Source of the DNA: an uncultured Clostridia bacterium | Lineage (GTDB): Bacteria; Bacillota; Clostridia; Christensenellales; UBA1242 | Direction of reading: 5' to 3' | Length of the DNA stretch: 64,000 nucleotides | Assembly (NCBI GenBank): GCA_949841045.1 | Contig: CATKXS010000001.1 | Location: 60,717-124,716, forward strand | Part shown: positions 1-12,900 of the stretch, piece after piece | How the letters are laid out: every line of letters starts with the position of its first letter | Numbering within the stretch: the first letter of the stretch is position 1 | Notes under the pieces: model-generated | What the model was told of the DNA's origin: nothing | The model's input: the letters and a program-made list of their open reading frames with translations, nothing else | Database searches by the model: none | Position numbers and translations under genes: made by a program

Positions 1-502
1 GGCGTATTACATGTAGGCCTGTTTTTGATAAGTATGACTTTGGTTTAAAAGTTGACAGGCGCCCCTCAAAGAAAAGTGAAAGAATAAATGTTTCAATGAA
101 GTCGTCTTTGTGGTGGCCGAGTGCGACTTTGTTGCAGCCTAAATTTTTTGCGGTTGAGTTAAGGGTGCCTCTTCTCATGTTTGCACAAAGTGAGCATGGA
201 TTTTTTTCTTTGCGGATATTGAATACAACATCAAAGATTTCTGAATTTACAATTGTTAAGTTTACATCAATGTCCTTGCAGAACTTTTTAATGGCGCTGT
301 AATCATTCTGTCCATTTGTTAGGTCAACAGCAATTGCTTCAAGCGAAAAATGCTGAGGAGAAAATCTTTGATACATTTTAAGTGCATATAAAAGTGTTAA
401 GCTATCTTTACCGCCAGAAATACCAACGGCGATTTTGTCGCCTTCCTCAATAAGAGAGTAGGTTGTGCAGGCTTTTCGGAGGACTGATAATATTTTTTGC
501 AT
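1..502 (-). CDS. ttcA: PP-loop ATPase, TtcA-like tRNA 2-thiocytidine synthase (C-terminal part lies outside the window)
   Basis: This ORF is absent from the supplied track because it has no stop inside the window. The reverse-strand ATG at 502-500 has AGAGG 5 nt upstream. My translation reads MQKILSVLRKACTTYSLIEEGDKIAVGISGGKDSLTLLYAL...KNPCSLCANMRRG...VALGHHKDDFIETFILSLFFEGRL. The SGGKDS PP-loop and the PCSLC..RRG cysteine motif are TtcA/TilS-type signatures. The + strand ORF 96-302 is its antisense shadow. Confidence 0.75.
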   Translation of the reverse strand, partial: MQKILSVLRKACTTYSLIEEGDKIAVGISGGKDSLTLLYALKMYQRFSPQHFSLEAIAVDLTNGQNDYSAIKKFCKDIDVNLTIVNSEIFDVVFNIRKEKNPCSLCANMRRGTLNSTAKNLGCNKVALGHHKDDFIETFILSLFFEGRLSTFKPKSYLSKTGLHVIR

Positions 503-521
503 AATTACCTCTTGTAGACAC

Positions 522-550
522 ATTTTACAATAAAATGCTTTAAATATCAA
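522..550 (-). promoter_or_regulatory. candidate sigma-A promoter of the ttcA-like gene
   Basis: The reverse strand reads TTGATA (550-545), a 17-nt spacer, then TAAAAT (527-522). The -10 ends 19 nt upstream of the ATG. Confidence 0.4.
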
Positions 551-771
551 GAAAATTGGGGTGGTTTGAAAAAGAGCCTGACATTTTTGGGCAAATATGG
601 CTAAAAAAACTGTTTTTAACTTGTTAAATTTGAGAAGAAAGCATTGATTAATAGACGCAGAAATCAAATAGAAACAGAGGTTTTTATCAAGGCAAAAAAC
701 GGTGGATTTGTTTAGGTAAAAAAGGCAAAAATAAAAAGTTATATATTATTTAATATATAGGCTAAATTCAT

Positions 772-800
772 TTGACTAAAAAAAGTCAAAATCTTATAAT
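772..800 (+). promoter_or_regulatory. near-consensus sigma-A promoter of giant ORF 1
   Basis: TTGACT (772-777), a 17-nt spacer, then TATAAT (795-800). The -35 lies inside the inverted repeat TTGACT-aaaaaaa-AGTCAA (772-790). This implies a 5' UTR of about 70 nt ending in AGGAGG (866-871). Confidence 0.55.
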
Positions 801-875
801 TTAATTATAGCATTTATTTTTTACTTTGGATGTTTAATTCTTAACTAAATTACAGATATTAAACAAGGAGGCAAA

Positions 876-944
876 ATGAAAAAGTTTATTGTAAGTTTAC
901 TTGGCATTTTTCTGCTCTTTGGTGCGTCAGTTTTAACAGCTTGT
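876..944 (+). other. lipoprotein signal peptide with lipobox (L-T-A-C) of giant ORF 1
   Basis: MKKFIVSLLGIFLLFGASVLTAC has a KK n-region, a hydrophobic core, and LTAC with Cys23 encoded by TGT 942-944. Confidence 0.75.
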
Positions 945-3900
945 AACAAGGGAGGCTCTTCCCTTACTTTGTCGCAAGATACTGTTGCAATTGAGCTCTT
1001 TGCAGATGACGAAGATAGTGGCTACGAATTAGTAACCGCCACTCTTTCTGGCGTGAAAGAGGGGTCCATTCAGGCTAGTGCTAGAAGTGGATTTGAAAAC
1101 ATTGTGAAGGTTACTCAGACCCGCCGCTCTTCTAACAGCATTTCAATCCGCATTGAGGCTCTTGAAGAGGGCTCAGCTCAGGTAGTAGTTCGTGGTGCGC
1201 CTGGCAATCATGTAAAATACATAAACGTAAATGTTTTTAGTTATGTAAGTTCAATGAGCCAAGTCGCTGAGGACGGGGATAAAAAGAATAATTTCTTAAT
1301 TCGTGGTAGTGAAAACATTTTAGATGAACATAAACTTATTTCATTTGCTCCTTCGGATAAGAGTTTATACAGCCTTACTTGGGATTTGTCTGAAGAAATG
1401 GCAGGCGTTCAAGATTTAGAACTTGAAGGTAATACTTTGACAGTTGGAAATAGTTTTCCAGTTGGTCAAGAAGTTAAACTTGTCGCCACAACTGAGAGAG
1501 GAGTAAGCACAACTATTACTCTTCCAGTAATCGACAAAATTGAAGATGAAATTAATTTTCAATTTTCATATAGCCAAAACTCAAGTTTTGAAGATATAAC
1601 AAGCGATAACAATTCATTTAATATTGTTCCAAATATTCCAAGCGATGCAAGCTATCAAGGCTACATTCTCCTTGACTATGCTGGCGACCTAGAAATTACA
1701 CCTTATGTACTGAATAGTGCAGGTCGTTTGACAGACGACATACAAGTTCTTGAAAATGGCAGATATAACGACAAGCCTCTTTATACTGTCTATGCAAGTA
1801 AAGATAAATCAAATATAAATGACGATTATAAAGTTGGTTTTAAAATCGGTTATAAAAACTATAACTATTTCCTCGACACAATTGAAAATAATCCTATCAT
1901 TATCAAAGCGAGAGAAATGGTCAACAGCATTATAGTTTCAACTAGAGATGCAAACAACATTGCGGGTAGTACGCAAACACTATATACAAATTACGCTGAC
2001 TCAAGCGATTCAACAATCAATGGACAACGTTTTGACCTTTCAATTACTCCAACAACGGTAGTTGATATGTCAAATAAATATAGAATTTCAGTTTCAAGAT
2101 GGAGACTTGGCGGTGAGGTGAGTAATGGCTGTCCAGTTGAAATTTGGTACAGAGATGCTGTCAATGGAAACGGCTGGAGACAGATTGATTTAAGAGAAGA
2201 TGAAAATCATAACTTTACAACCCAAAGTGATATGCTTCCAAATGTAAAAACTCTTTACATAAAAGCATCAGAAGGACTTAAAGTTCAGTCTAACAGTGAC
2301 TATCGAATCACATTCACAAGTGACGATAATCCAAATATTTCAACATACTTCAATCTTAAACTTGTAAAAAGTGCATCTATCAGTGAATTCGTTTTCAATG
2401 ATGCATCATTCAAAGTTGATAGTAGCGAACTCACTCAAGTTTACAAAAAGGTGTTCAATCTTAAAGGTCAAACAAGCATCGATGGACTTAAGATAAGAAG
2501 TGAAAGCGGAAATGTTACTTTTGGAAACATCATTCAGGTAGCTTCAGACGGCGAGTCTGTTGACTTTGAAGTGTCTTTCACTCTCAATAATTCAAGTTAT
2601 GGTGTAACAAGTCAAGATAGTTATTACATTGTTCACGAAAATGGACTTGTCAGCAGTGAATATTCAATTGATATTTTCCTGCCATTAAAACAGGCAAGCA
2701 TGCAACTTGATGTCGCAGAAAATAAATCTCAATCGGTGATTGACTATGCTCTTAGTGAAAATGTTTATGATGATTTTGGAACATCTCTTGGATTATCACA
2801 AAGCAGTTTGTCAAGTTTAACACTTAAAAACAATACTACAACTCCACTTATTTATTCATACAACAAAATTGGACAAAATAGTGCAGTAGCAAATATTTCA
2901 GTAAAATTCTATGATTATGAAGGCTTTGCTGGGACAGTCTCAGACTTTAAAGCTTTGAGTGCACTTGAAATTATAAGAGGTGCTCAAACTGACTCAAGTA
3001 ATGTGGTTTACTTTACAAGCGACTTCAGTTCAATTGTAACAAAAGGCGTTGGACGTACTTATGCGATTGTATCTTTCACTGGCAAAGGCGTGGGCGACAA
3101 CGTTGACGCAAATGGCAATGTGACATTTACAAGAATTATCTATATTGAAAGTTTGGTAACTCCAGATGGAATTAACATTGTCCCAGATGGCGACAAATAT
3201 GTCACACTTTATTCTCCAGACACGCTTGCAACAAGCGATGAAAGCCTTACTAGAAAAGATGTTAGAATAAGATTTAGTAAGGGTGATATAACTTACAAAA
3301 CAACAGCAAATGTTGAATTTATAAGTGGCAGAAATGTTATGGGAAGCCAAAGCGTCAGCGCTGACGGGACTTCAATAAGTTGGGCACAAGGCAGATATAG
3401 CCTTTCAAATGTCAATGTGTCTGGCGAAGGCATAACCTTTAATATCATTGCTGAAGACACTTATGGTGAAAACATTTTTACAGATACACTCAATGTTCAT
3501 TATGTCATTCGTGATGAAGAGCAAAAGAGAATTTATGATATTTACACAACTATTGAAATTACTATCAAGAATGCTCAAAGAGTTGAAAGTTTAAAGTGGA
3601 AGACTTATGACGCTGACGGTTTATACTTTGAGGTTGGCGACAATAGTCCACAATATTTACTTCTTGACATAAGTCCAACAAATGCTAGAAATAGAGGTGT
3701 GGCATATCTCATCACTGATGAAAAGGGTGCAGAAAGAAATTCTTTTATTACTGTAGGAGAGGGCGTTTCTTCTGATACTCTTGCAGTTAACCTTGAAAGT
3801 TCTATAAGAGAGGGTATGACTGGATACATCTATGTTTTACCAGCTGATGCAATTTACAATAATCAAATCAAGTATTACTATGTTGACAGCAAAGGCGTAG

Positions 3901-6900
3901 AGCAGTCAAATTCAATTTCTTATAACCTTCTTGCAGAAAACTATGATTATTTAGTAAGTAGCGCATATTTCAAATCAAATGCAACTGGCGGAGATGTAAG
4001 AGATGTAAAATTCTCAGATATTCTCATTAAAATAAAAGTTACCGTTGCAGACGGAAAGAGTTTTGATTATGCTTATAGAATTTATGACGCTTCAAGTTTT
4101 GCTAGTATAAGGTCAGACCTTTATTATCGCATAATGAACGATATTGATTTAAGTGGACAGTCAAGAGGAGCAATCACAAACTTCTCAGGTGGCCTTGAAG
4201 GTAAAACAAGTGATATTACAATCAAACTTGACGGTGACAATTTTGCTAGAACTCTCACTTCATCTGGTGAAATAAGAAATCTTACTTTCATTGGAAATGT
4301 TCAAGGAAATGGCTTTATTGTTGATGTCAATAATGGTGCAATTAAGAATGTAAAAATTGATGTGAATGGCCGAAAGGCAAGTACTCTCCAAGCTGGTGTT
4401 TTAGGTGGCGGTATTGCTGGCGAAAACAATAATCTTATTGAAAACGCTAGTGTACTTGGCCTTACTATTACTGCAAGAACAAGTGACAGTTATGTTGGTG
4501 GAATTGCAGGGCAAAATGACGGAAGAATTGAAGCTTCTAGAGTTGAATTCTATAACCTTGAAAAAGGCGAAGATGAAAATGGAAATATGACTTATGGCGT
4601 AAATACCTTTACAGGGAATTATGTCGGTGGTCTCGTTGGTCTTATTGGAGCTAGGTCTTCAATTAATTTCAGTTATGCATATGATTATACTCTTGCAGAT
4701 GGCAGTTCAAAATGTCTAAATGCAACAACAATCTCTGGTGCATTTGCAGGTACTGTTACTGGTAGCGGTGCTACTATCACAAACTCATTCTCAGTAATTG
4801 GCGAAGATTTGCCAAGTGACAACTATGAAAATGTGGCTTCTTCGGTGACTATTACAAGGTCATATATGTCATACTTCTCTGGCGAATATTATTCTCGTTA
4901 CTTTGATGAAAACGGAAGAAATAATTCTTCTAGCGTTGTCTTTGTTCAAAGAGACAATTCTCAATTTAAAGCATATGTAAATGGCGGAAATCCTTATCTT
5001 CCACAAATAATGCAAGATGAAAGGGTGACAACCGTTGATTATAGTGTTGCATCTGTTAAAGATGACCAAGATTACAATAAAGCGCTTGCAGTAAACAGCA
5101 CGAGAGGAATTGTATTCTTCTATAAACTTGAAAATAATGCAAGTGACCTTACAAGTTCAGAAATGGCCGACCTTAACGAACTTAATACAATTTCACTTTC
5201 TCAGCTTGTTGGGGAAGAGGTGAATAGAAATGTTATTGTTTCTTCATCAAATAGCCAAATCATAAAAACTGTTGGCTCTTCACTTATAGTTTTAAAAACT
5301 GGCGAAGTGACTCTGACATTATCTTCAAAACAAGATGTAACTCTTTCAAAAGATATTAAAGTAAATGTTGTTTATGCAATGTCTGACATGGTTATTTCAT
5401 GGGCAGATAACGCGGGAAGGGTGACAACTATTCAAGATGGAACAATGCTCGCTCTTCAAAAGACAACTTCAAGAACTTATAACATAAGTTATGATAAAAC
5501 TGAGGTTTATCTTGGCTCACTTGCATCAAGATATATCTTAGAACAAAATGAAATTACTATCAATGTTAAAAATACTCTTGCAAATGGGGCAGAAGGGAAT
5601 ATTGTTGATTACGAAATTTCTGGAAGCGACTTAAAACTTATCACTGGCAGTGACAGTGGCACGACAAACTTTGAAATTACTCCAGTTGTATTTGCTGACA
5701 GAACTCTTCAATCGGCAATTGATGGAAAATTTAAACGTAATTTCACTCTTAATCCAATTGACGGAGTTATCGACTTTGATATAGCTGGCGATGAACTTCC
5801 TATTACACCTTCTATAAAAGGCGAAATGGAAGTAAGAATTAGAACAACTGACGTTAGTGATAGTGTTTATCCAGTTATCTCATTTAATGGCGATACTCTT
5901 ATCGCAAAAGAAGAAAATGGTGTTTATAGATATTCAATAAGAGGTAGAGAGGACGCTATTTTAGAGGTTACTGTCAACCGTATTAAGGCTGAGGAAGGCA
6001 GCAATAACCTTAACACATACACATATGTTGTTACATTCTCAGTTTGTCCAGACAAGAGAGCAGAAATCTCTGAAGATATGGAATTTGACGTTTATATCAT
6101 GTCAAAGAGTGGCAACACAAGCAAAGAAGAAAATGGCGGTGAGTTTAAATTGACTCTCACTCGTCAAAACTTCACAAATATTGACGTATCGAATAAAAAA
6201 ATAAGCGAATCACATTATTACATGTCAGGTGATAATGTTGTTGAAGTGCATAGAGCAAACGAACTTACTTCTGTTCTTGCACCAGGAAATAGCTCAATAC
6301 TTGAAGTTAATGTCAACCCAAGCTATGCTTACTATGATTATGCAGAAATCACTTATAGCGGTGCGACTGTTTCAAATGCTGTCAACATTGAAGTAATGAC
6401 TCCTTATGCTGGAAGCGATGAAAACTTTATGCGCAGACCTTCTAATGGTGATATTGATGTGGTTGCAAACGCCTTAAGATTCTATCCAGATTCAGATGAA
6501 AAAGGAACGCTTTACTATAAACTTTGGATTGATACAACAGTAAATCGCGACACAACACTTCAATTTAGAATAGCCTTCTATGAAAAAGGTGGCAAAGAAA
6601 TAACTTATGTAAACTACTTTGTTTCAATAAGTTATCTCACAGAACCAGTAGTTACAATTGACGGTCAAACAACAGCTTACATTGCAAAAGGCTCAACTGC
6701 AATTGTAAAAATTGACGTTCTTGCAGACCAATCAATTGACAGCCTTATGCTTGACGGTGAAAATATCAAAGATGTAACTTTGACTCAACCTTCAAAACCT
6801 GTTGTCGATACCGTTAGAGGAATTAAAACATATGAAGCAAGACTTACAACTTTTGTGACTGCTTCAGCTGAGAATAGTACAATTTACATTCTCGCTCAAA

Positions 6901-9900
6901 TCTCTCGTGAACTCAACGGTTCAAAAGAAATCAAAAATTCTGTCGCAACTGGCGTCATTGTTAATTTCAAGATTGATGATGACATTATCATAAATGATAG
7001 GCCAGACGGCGTAATTACACTTTGGCAGGGTGTGCCAAGAGCGATAGGCGTAGATTATAACATTCTCCCAGAAAGCTATAATCTCGCCTCCGATGAGGAA
7101 AGTGAAAAAGCAATCGCTTATCTTCAAGGAGAAAGAAACATATTTAAAGATGCAGGCTTTTATCCTGCAAAAGCGGGTCAAATTGGTGGACAAAATGGAT
7201 ATGTTTCACTTGACAGACTCGAACTTGAAAATTATGACTACTTTGTAAATTACAAATATGATGAAAATAAAGAATTACAAGTTAAAAACTTGCTCGAAAG
7301 AATTTTTGTGATAAGCGGAAATGAAAGAATTCCTCTTGCTGACTCAAGCGTAAATACTCCAGTATCTTACTCATTTGATGAAATTACAAATTCTATTTCG
7401 ATGACAGGTACTAGAATTTCTAGTGGCACAAGAATGGTTCTTGAAACCTATGTTTCAGCTGGCGGAATTACTCAAACAATTGACACTTACTTTACAATCA
7501 ATGTTGAGGCTTACTCAGACCCAGACCTTCCTCTTCTTATTAAAAATGCGTCTGACTTTGAGAATTTAAGACCAACTGAAAATTCTACAGAAATAGTTAC
7601 AAATGACTATATTCTTACAAACGACATTGTACTTGAAAATTATACTTCTTTTAATACCGATTTAATTAGAAGTCTTGACGGAAATGGTTATACAATTTTC
7701 ATTAAATCATATGACGTTGAAGGTGAAGGTACGTTAAACCTTGCTCTATTCAATAGGGTTCTTGAAAATACTTTACTTAAAAATGTTAGAGTGAATCTTT
7801 ATAATGGTGGGCAACTTACTATTGATATAGATAAGCACTCCGATATTAACATTGCCGGTCTTGCAATTGAAAACAGTGGTATAATTACCAACTGTGAAGT
7901 TGTTGCTTTCTATACTGAAAGCAGGGCTATGGGTCTCGCTCTAGCACAAAATGCTTGCGAGCCACATAATGGAAAGGCTGGTTTTAATGTAAAATATATT
8001 CGTGGCGAAAATACAACAGAAAGTATTTTCATTACCGACAATCCAAACTGGTCAACACAAATGGCTGGATTTGTAATCAGTAACAGCGGTTCTATTACAA
8101 ACTCAAGAGTAGGTGGCGACAGCATTACAATTCTTGGCAGTGAAAGAACGGTGAATGGCAAGCCAAATGGCTACACTGACGCTTCAACTCTCGAACTTGG
8201 CACTTTCTATATGATAGGTCAAGGAAATATGGCAGGCTTTGTTATTACAAACTCAAGTGGAAATATCTCAACATGTTATGTGAAAAATATAGACATGGAA
8301 AACCAGTCAAATTCAACTTCATATTATGCGGTTGGCTTTGTTGGTACAAACTCAGCAAACATTAGCGTAAGCTATATTGAAGGCGTCCCAACACCAAAAT
8401 CTCAAGAGGATTCTGCTCTTTATAGTGCTTATGCTTATGAAGGCTCATCAATCAAGTCAAAAATGGGTTATGTAGTTGGTTTTGTTTATAGAAATAACAA
8501 CAGTATCAACGACTGCTACTCAAATATCTTGATTGCAAACTCAGAAGCTTCAAATAGCGTTTATCTTGCTTCAGGCTTCGTTTATGAAAACGTTGGAACA
8601 ATTGAAAATGCTTACTCAGCTTCTCAGATTAAAAATTCAATGAACACTCAGATGAACTTCTCAGGTGTTGATAAAAATGGTTATCTTCTCGCAAATGGTA
8701 CATATATTAACTGCTATTTCTTCAATAAACTTTATGAGAATTCAGAAGAGCCAACAGATAACACAACTGAAACACTTAACAATACCGGTGCAATGCTTAT
8801 TCCATCTCCAGACAATGCTTCAGACTTCTATGGCTTTGCAATTGCAAGTGGTGAGCGTGATGGTATTTGGAGAGTTGTTGAAGACGAAGGTATTTCGCTT
8901 ATAACAACTGAAATTCTTTCAATTTCTCATAGATATATATATTATGTAGATGGAGATAATTTTGAAGGTGTGACTGGCGAAGATGAAATAGGAAAATATA
9001 TTCTTCCATATTCAACTCTCTCTTACACAAATTCTTCTCTTGAAATTGACACCTCTCTTGGTGGAAGCTTTAACCCAATTATAATCTCTGATGCAGAGGA
9101 TTTTGTTGAGGTTAGTGGAACAAGTCAATCATCATATATTAGAGAGTACTTCAATAGCAGTGCTATGTGGGGAACATATAGACTTGTAAATAACATTAGT
9201 TTGACTTCTATGTCTGGCGGAGAAAGTCTTAATAATATCCCTTCTTCAGTAAAAGCATTCTCTGGTACATTCTACGGAAACAACTTCACAATTTCTGGAA
9301 TATCTCTTGCAACAGAAAACCCAGCTGTTTCAATTGGTCTATTCAAATCTATTGAAAAACGTGGACGAAATAATAATCCTATGATTATCGACCTCAACCT
9401 TGCCATAGACATGATTGACGGAAGTGTTGCTTCAATGGCGGGTGGTCTTGCAGGTTATATTAAAGACGCGATTATAGTTGGCGTAAATGTTAACTATGGC
9501 GAAAGCGGAAAGGTGACAGCACTCAACTTCGCTGGTGGTATCGCAGGACTTGTGTTCGGTGATAACAAAATAAGAAGTATTACTGTTACAAATCCAAATA
9601 TTACAGCTAAAAAATATTTAAATGATGACAACTCACAAGATGATTACTTCTTCTCAGACGAGAATAGGATTGCAGGTTCATTGCAAGCTCTCAGAACAAG
9701 CGTTGAAAACAATCTTAACTACAATACTCTTGTAAGTTCAGCGCTTATCACAAGCCTTGAAAAATATTCTTATGCTGGTGGTATATTTGGTCTTGCGGAC
9801 ATATTCGCAACTAATAATATAAACTTTGACATAAATCAAGCTGACAATTACGTTTTAAACAACGTTAGAGTAAACGGAAATGTTTATGTTGAAGGTCAAA

Positions 9901-12900
9901 TTGTCGGTGGTGCAATAGGACTTACTGGCTATCAAACAAATATCAGAGATTTGGGCGTGGTTATTAACTCAAACTCAGATTCTCATATTATCGCAACAAA
10001 ATATTATGCAGGCGGTGTAATTGGTCAATCATTTGGTTCAAACAGCAGAATTTTCGCAACCTATGACGAAGCGACTCAAGCTGTTATTGAAAACAAAATG
10101 GCTAATTTCTATGCTGGCAAAAATGATTTTGAACGCGGAAATCTCAACTTGTTCAATTTAAGTGGAACAAACTATAAACAAGTTTACATTGGCGGACTTA
10201 TCGGTGCAGCCTTTGGAGGAACACTTGAAGTATCATATTCAAAACTCAATGTAACCTCTATGACAGCTGACTATGCAGGTGGTCTCGTTGGTGGACTTAT
10301 GCTAGAAGATGCTGCGGCATATTTAGTAGATGAAAGAACTTCTATTTATTCAACATATTTCATTAAGGAAGCTTATGCAACCGGTGACGTACGTGCAAGA
10401 GTTATGGCAGGCGGAATAATTGGAAGAATAGTAAGTATTAAAGCACGCGTTGCTCTTCAATCGGTCAACGCAGTAAACTATTTCACAACTTATGATTATA
10501 TTAATGGCGTTTATGCTCCTATAAATCCAGAGATGTCAAACTTCTCAGAGATTTACAATGTAAATGCCTTTGTCGGTGAATTTGCAAAATATGATAATAG
10601 TGGCGAGATTGTGCCAGATGACCTGAACAATAAGACACTAGGCAGTGGCGAAAATACAGCCAAACCTACAGATTTTACCAACTATATTATCTTCTTGCAA
10701 AAAAATGCAGAGGGAGATAGCAGTACTGGCGAGACAGGAGCTCTTCCATCAGTTGGCTTCTATCAAGGTTATTATACTGGCAGAAATGGCGAGCCTATTT
10801 CTCTTAATATGTTTGGAAAAATCGACAGCAATATTAACACTAATCCTTATACTAGAGATGATGCTAAACTTGCGTTTGCAATTTCATCTCCAAACCTCTA
10901 TGACGGAGCGTCTGTCGGTTATCAATATACAAATGTAGCCTTTCTCGGCTCAAATGTTTGGGATGTTGCAAACTGGAAACAGGATATTGATGAACTTTTC
11001 CCAAGCATAAAATATAAGCGCTCTAGCAGTGTGTTATATCTTGATAATTACAATATAGATACAGTATTTAAGAAAATGGCGGGCGGAAATTATACTGTTT
11101 ACATTCGTGGACGTGTAGCCGAAGGCTCTGAGGAATGTGCAAACATTGACCTTATTAAGTACTATAACAATGGCGGAGCTGAATACATTGAAAGATTCTC
11201 TGGTAGACTTAGAGGTGGAATTTATCCAGTTGATAGTGACCAAAAGGTGAAGATTATCACTGACAGAACTTTCATTAAATCAGTTGCACCTGGCTTCTCA
11301 GCTACAAATGTTGAAGTTGTCTATACAAAGGAAAGTTATGAAAATTCTGCAACGTCGAATTTAGAATCAATCGCAGTTGGCAGAGTAGAAAATGATGGCG
11401 GACTCTTTATTGCAAGCGAAGCGGACAATGTTGTAATTAATAATCTTAAACTTATTCTTAATGATGAAATCAGTTTTTATTTTGCTAATGGAACAAGTAA
11501 TCAAGTGAAGTATGCAGGTCTTGTTGCTCCAACTTTGGTTAGCTCAACTCTATCTGGCATTTCAATTACAAGAACAACTGCCGGTGGCGGTTCTTCTGGT
11601 TACATAATGAATGTGAATGGCTCAAAACAAGAGGAAAGAGATTTACTTTATGTTGGTCTTATTGCTGGTTCAATTTCACAAAAAAGTACCGTTTCAACAA
11701 TGGTGATTGAAAATGTTTCTTTAGATTTTGAGGGTGACTTAATTTCTATTAATTCTGACTTAGGATTCCAAAATTATAATATTGGTACATATTTTGGTTT
11801 AGCAAATAGAGCATCAAATGCTCAGCCACTTAGAGTATCAATTTCAAAAATTGAAAGAAGTGGAGCGGTTGTAGGCAACCAAAAACCTCAAATTATTATT
11901 CAAGGTGAAAAAGCTGTCAACAGTGTAAATATTGGGGGATATATTGGTGTTGTTGCCGATGAAGGCAATGCTGGAATTGATGATTTGAGCTCTTATGCTG
12001 GAGATGCAGTTAGCGCAAATGTTACATTATGTATTTCACCTGAAGTTAAAGGGTTAATCAATGCTGGTGGAATTATTGGTTCTTTAAATAGCGCTTTAAC
12101 ATTCATTGCAGGGCAGTCAACTGTCAATGAAAGTTTAATTATTGAAAGAGATGCAAACAATGTCAATGCTGGTGGCTTTGCTGGTTATGTATCTGGTGGA
12201 GCGTTATCTGTAAATGGATTTGCAGGAATTGAATTTGGTGTATTAAATAAGGTGAATGATGCTTATAATAAAGGAACACAAATTCTCAGCGAAAAGGAAG
12301 AATTAGACGGAGGTTATGACGAAAGTTACAATGTAGAAGTCACAGGTACTGCAAACATTGGCGGACTTGTCGGTATGGCTTCAACTAGTGTTTCTTATGA
12401 TAATTCTTCAAGAGTTACTATTAATGCTAGGGTAGAAGATGACGAAAAAGTTTATGTAAATACCTTTGCTTTAAGTGCTAAAACTGTTAATGCGGGTTCA
12501 ATTATCGGCTCTTCAGTAGCAAGAGTTAAAATTTCTGCAAATGTACTCTCTAATACAGAATTTAGAGTAAAATCAACAAATGCACAAACTAATGTTGGTG
12601 GTATGGTTGGTTCAATTGTGATGCCAAATATCAGCTCTTCAGATAGTGATGTAAACATAAATACAGACTCACAAATAGGTGACACTGGTAAAACATTATT
12701 CTATGACGGTGCAACTTATTCAAATTCTAATAATTTATGCTTTGGTGGAATTCTTGGACATTATAGTGGTGAAAATGGTACAAAATTAACAATCACTAAC
12801 GCTTACTTTGGTGGTGTAGCAAAAGTTTATGGTACAAATTCTAATGGAGGAGCTGTTACTTTCGGTGGCATTCTTGGAAATGCATATATACATACTGGAG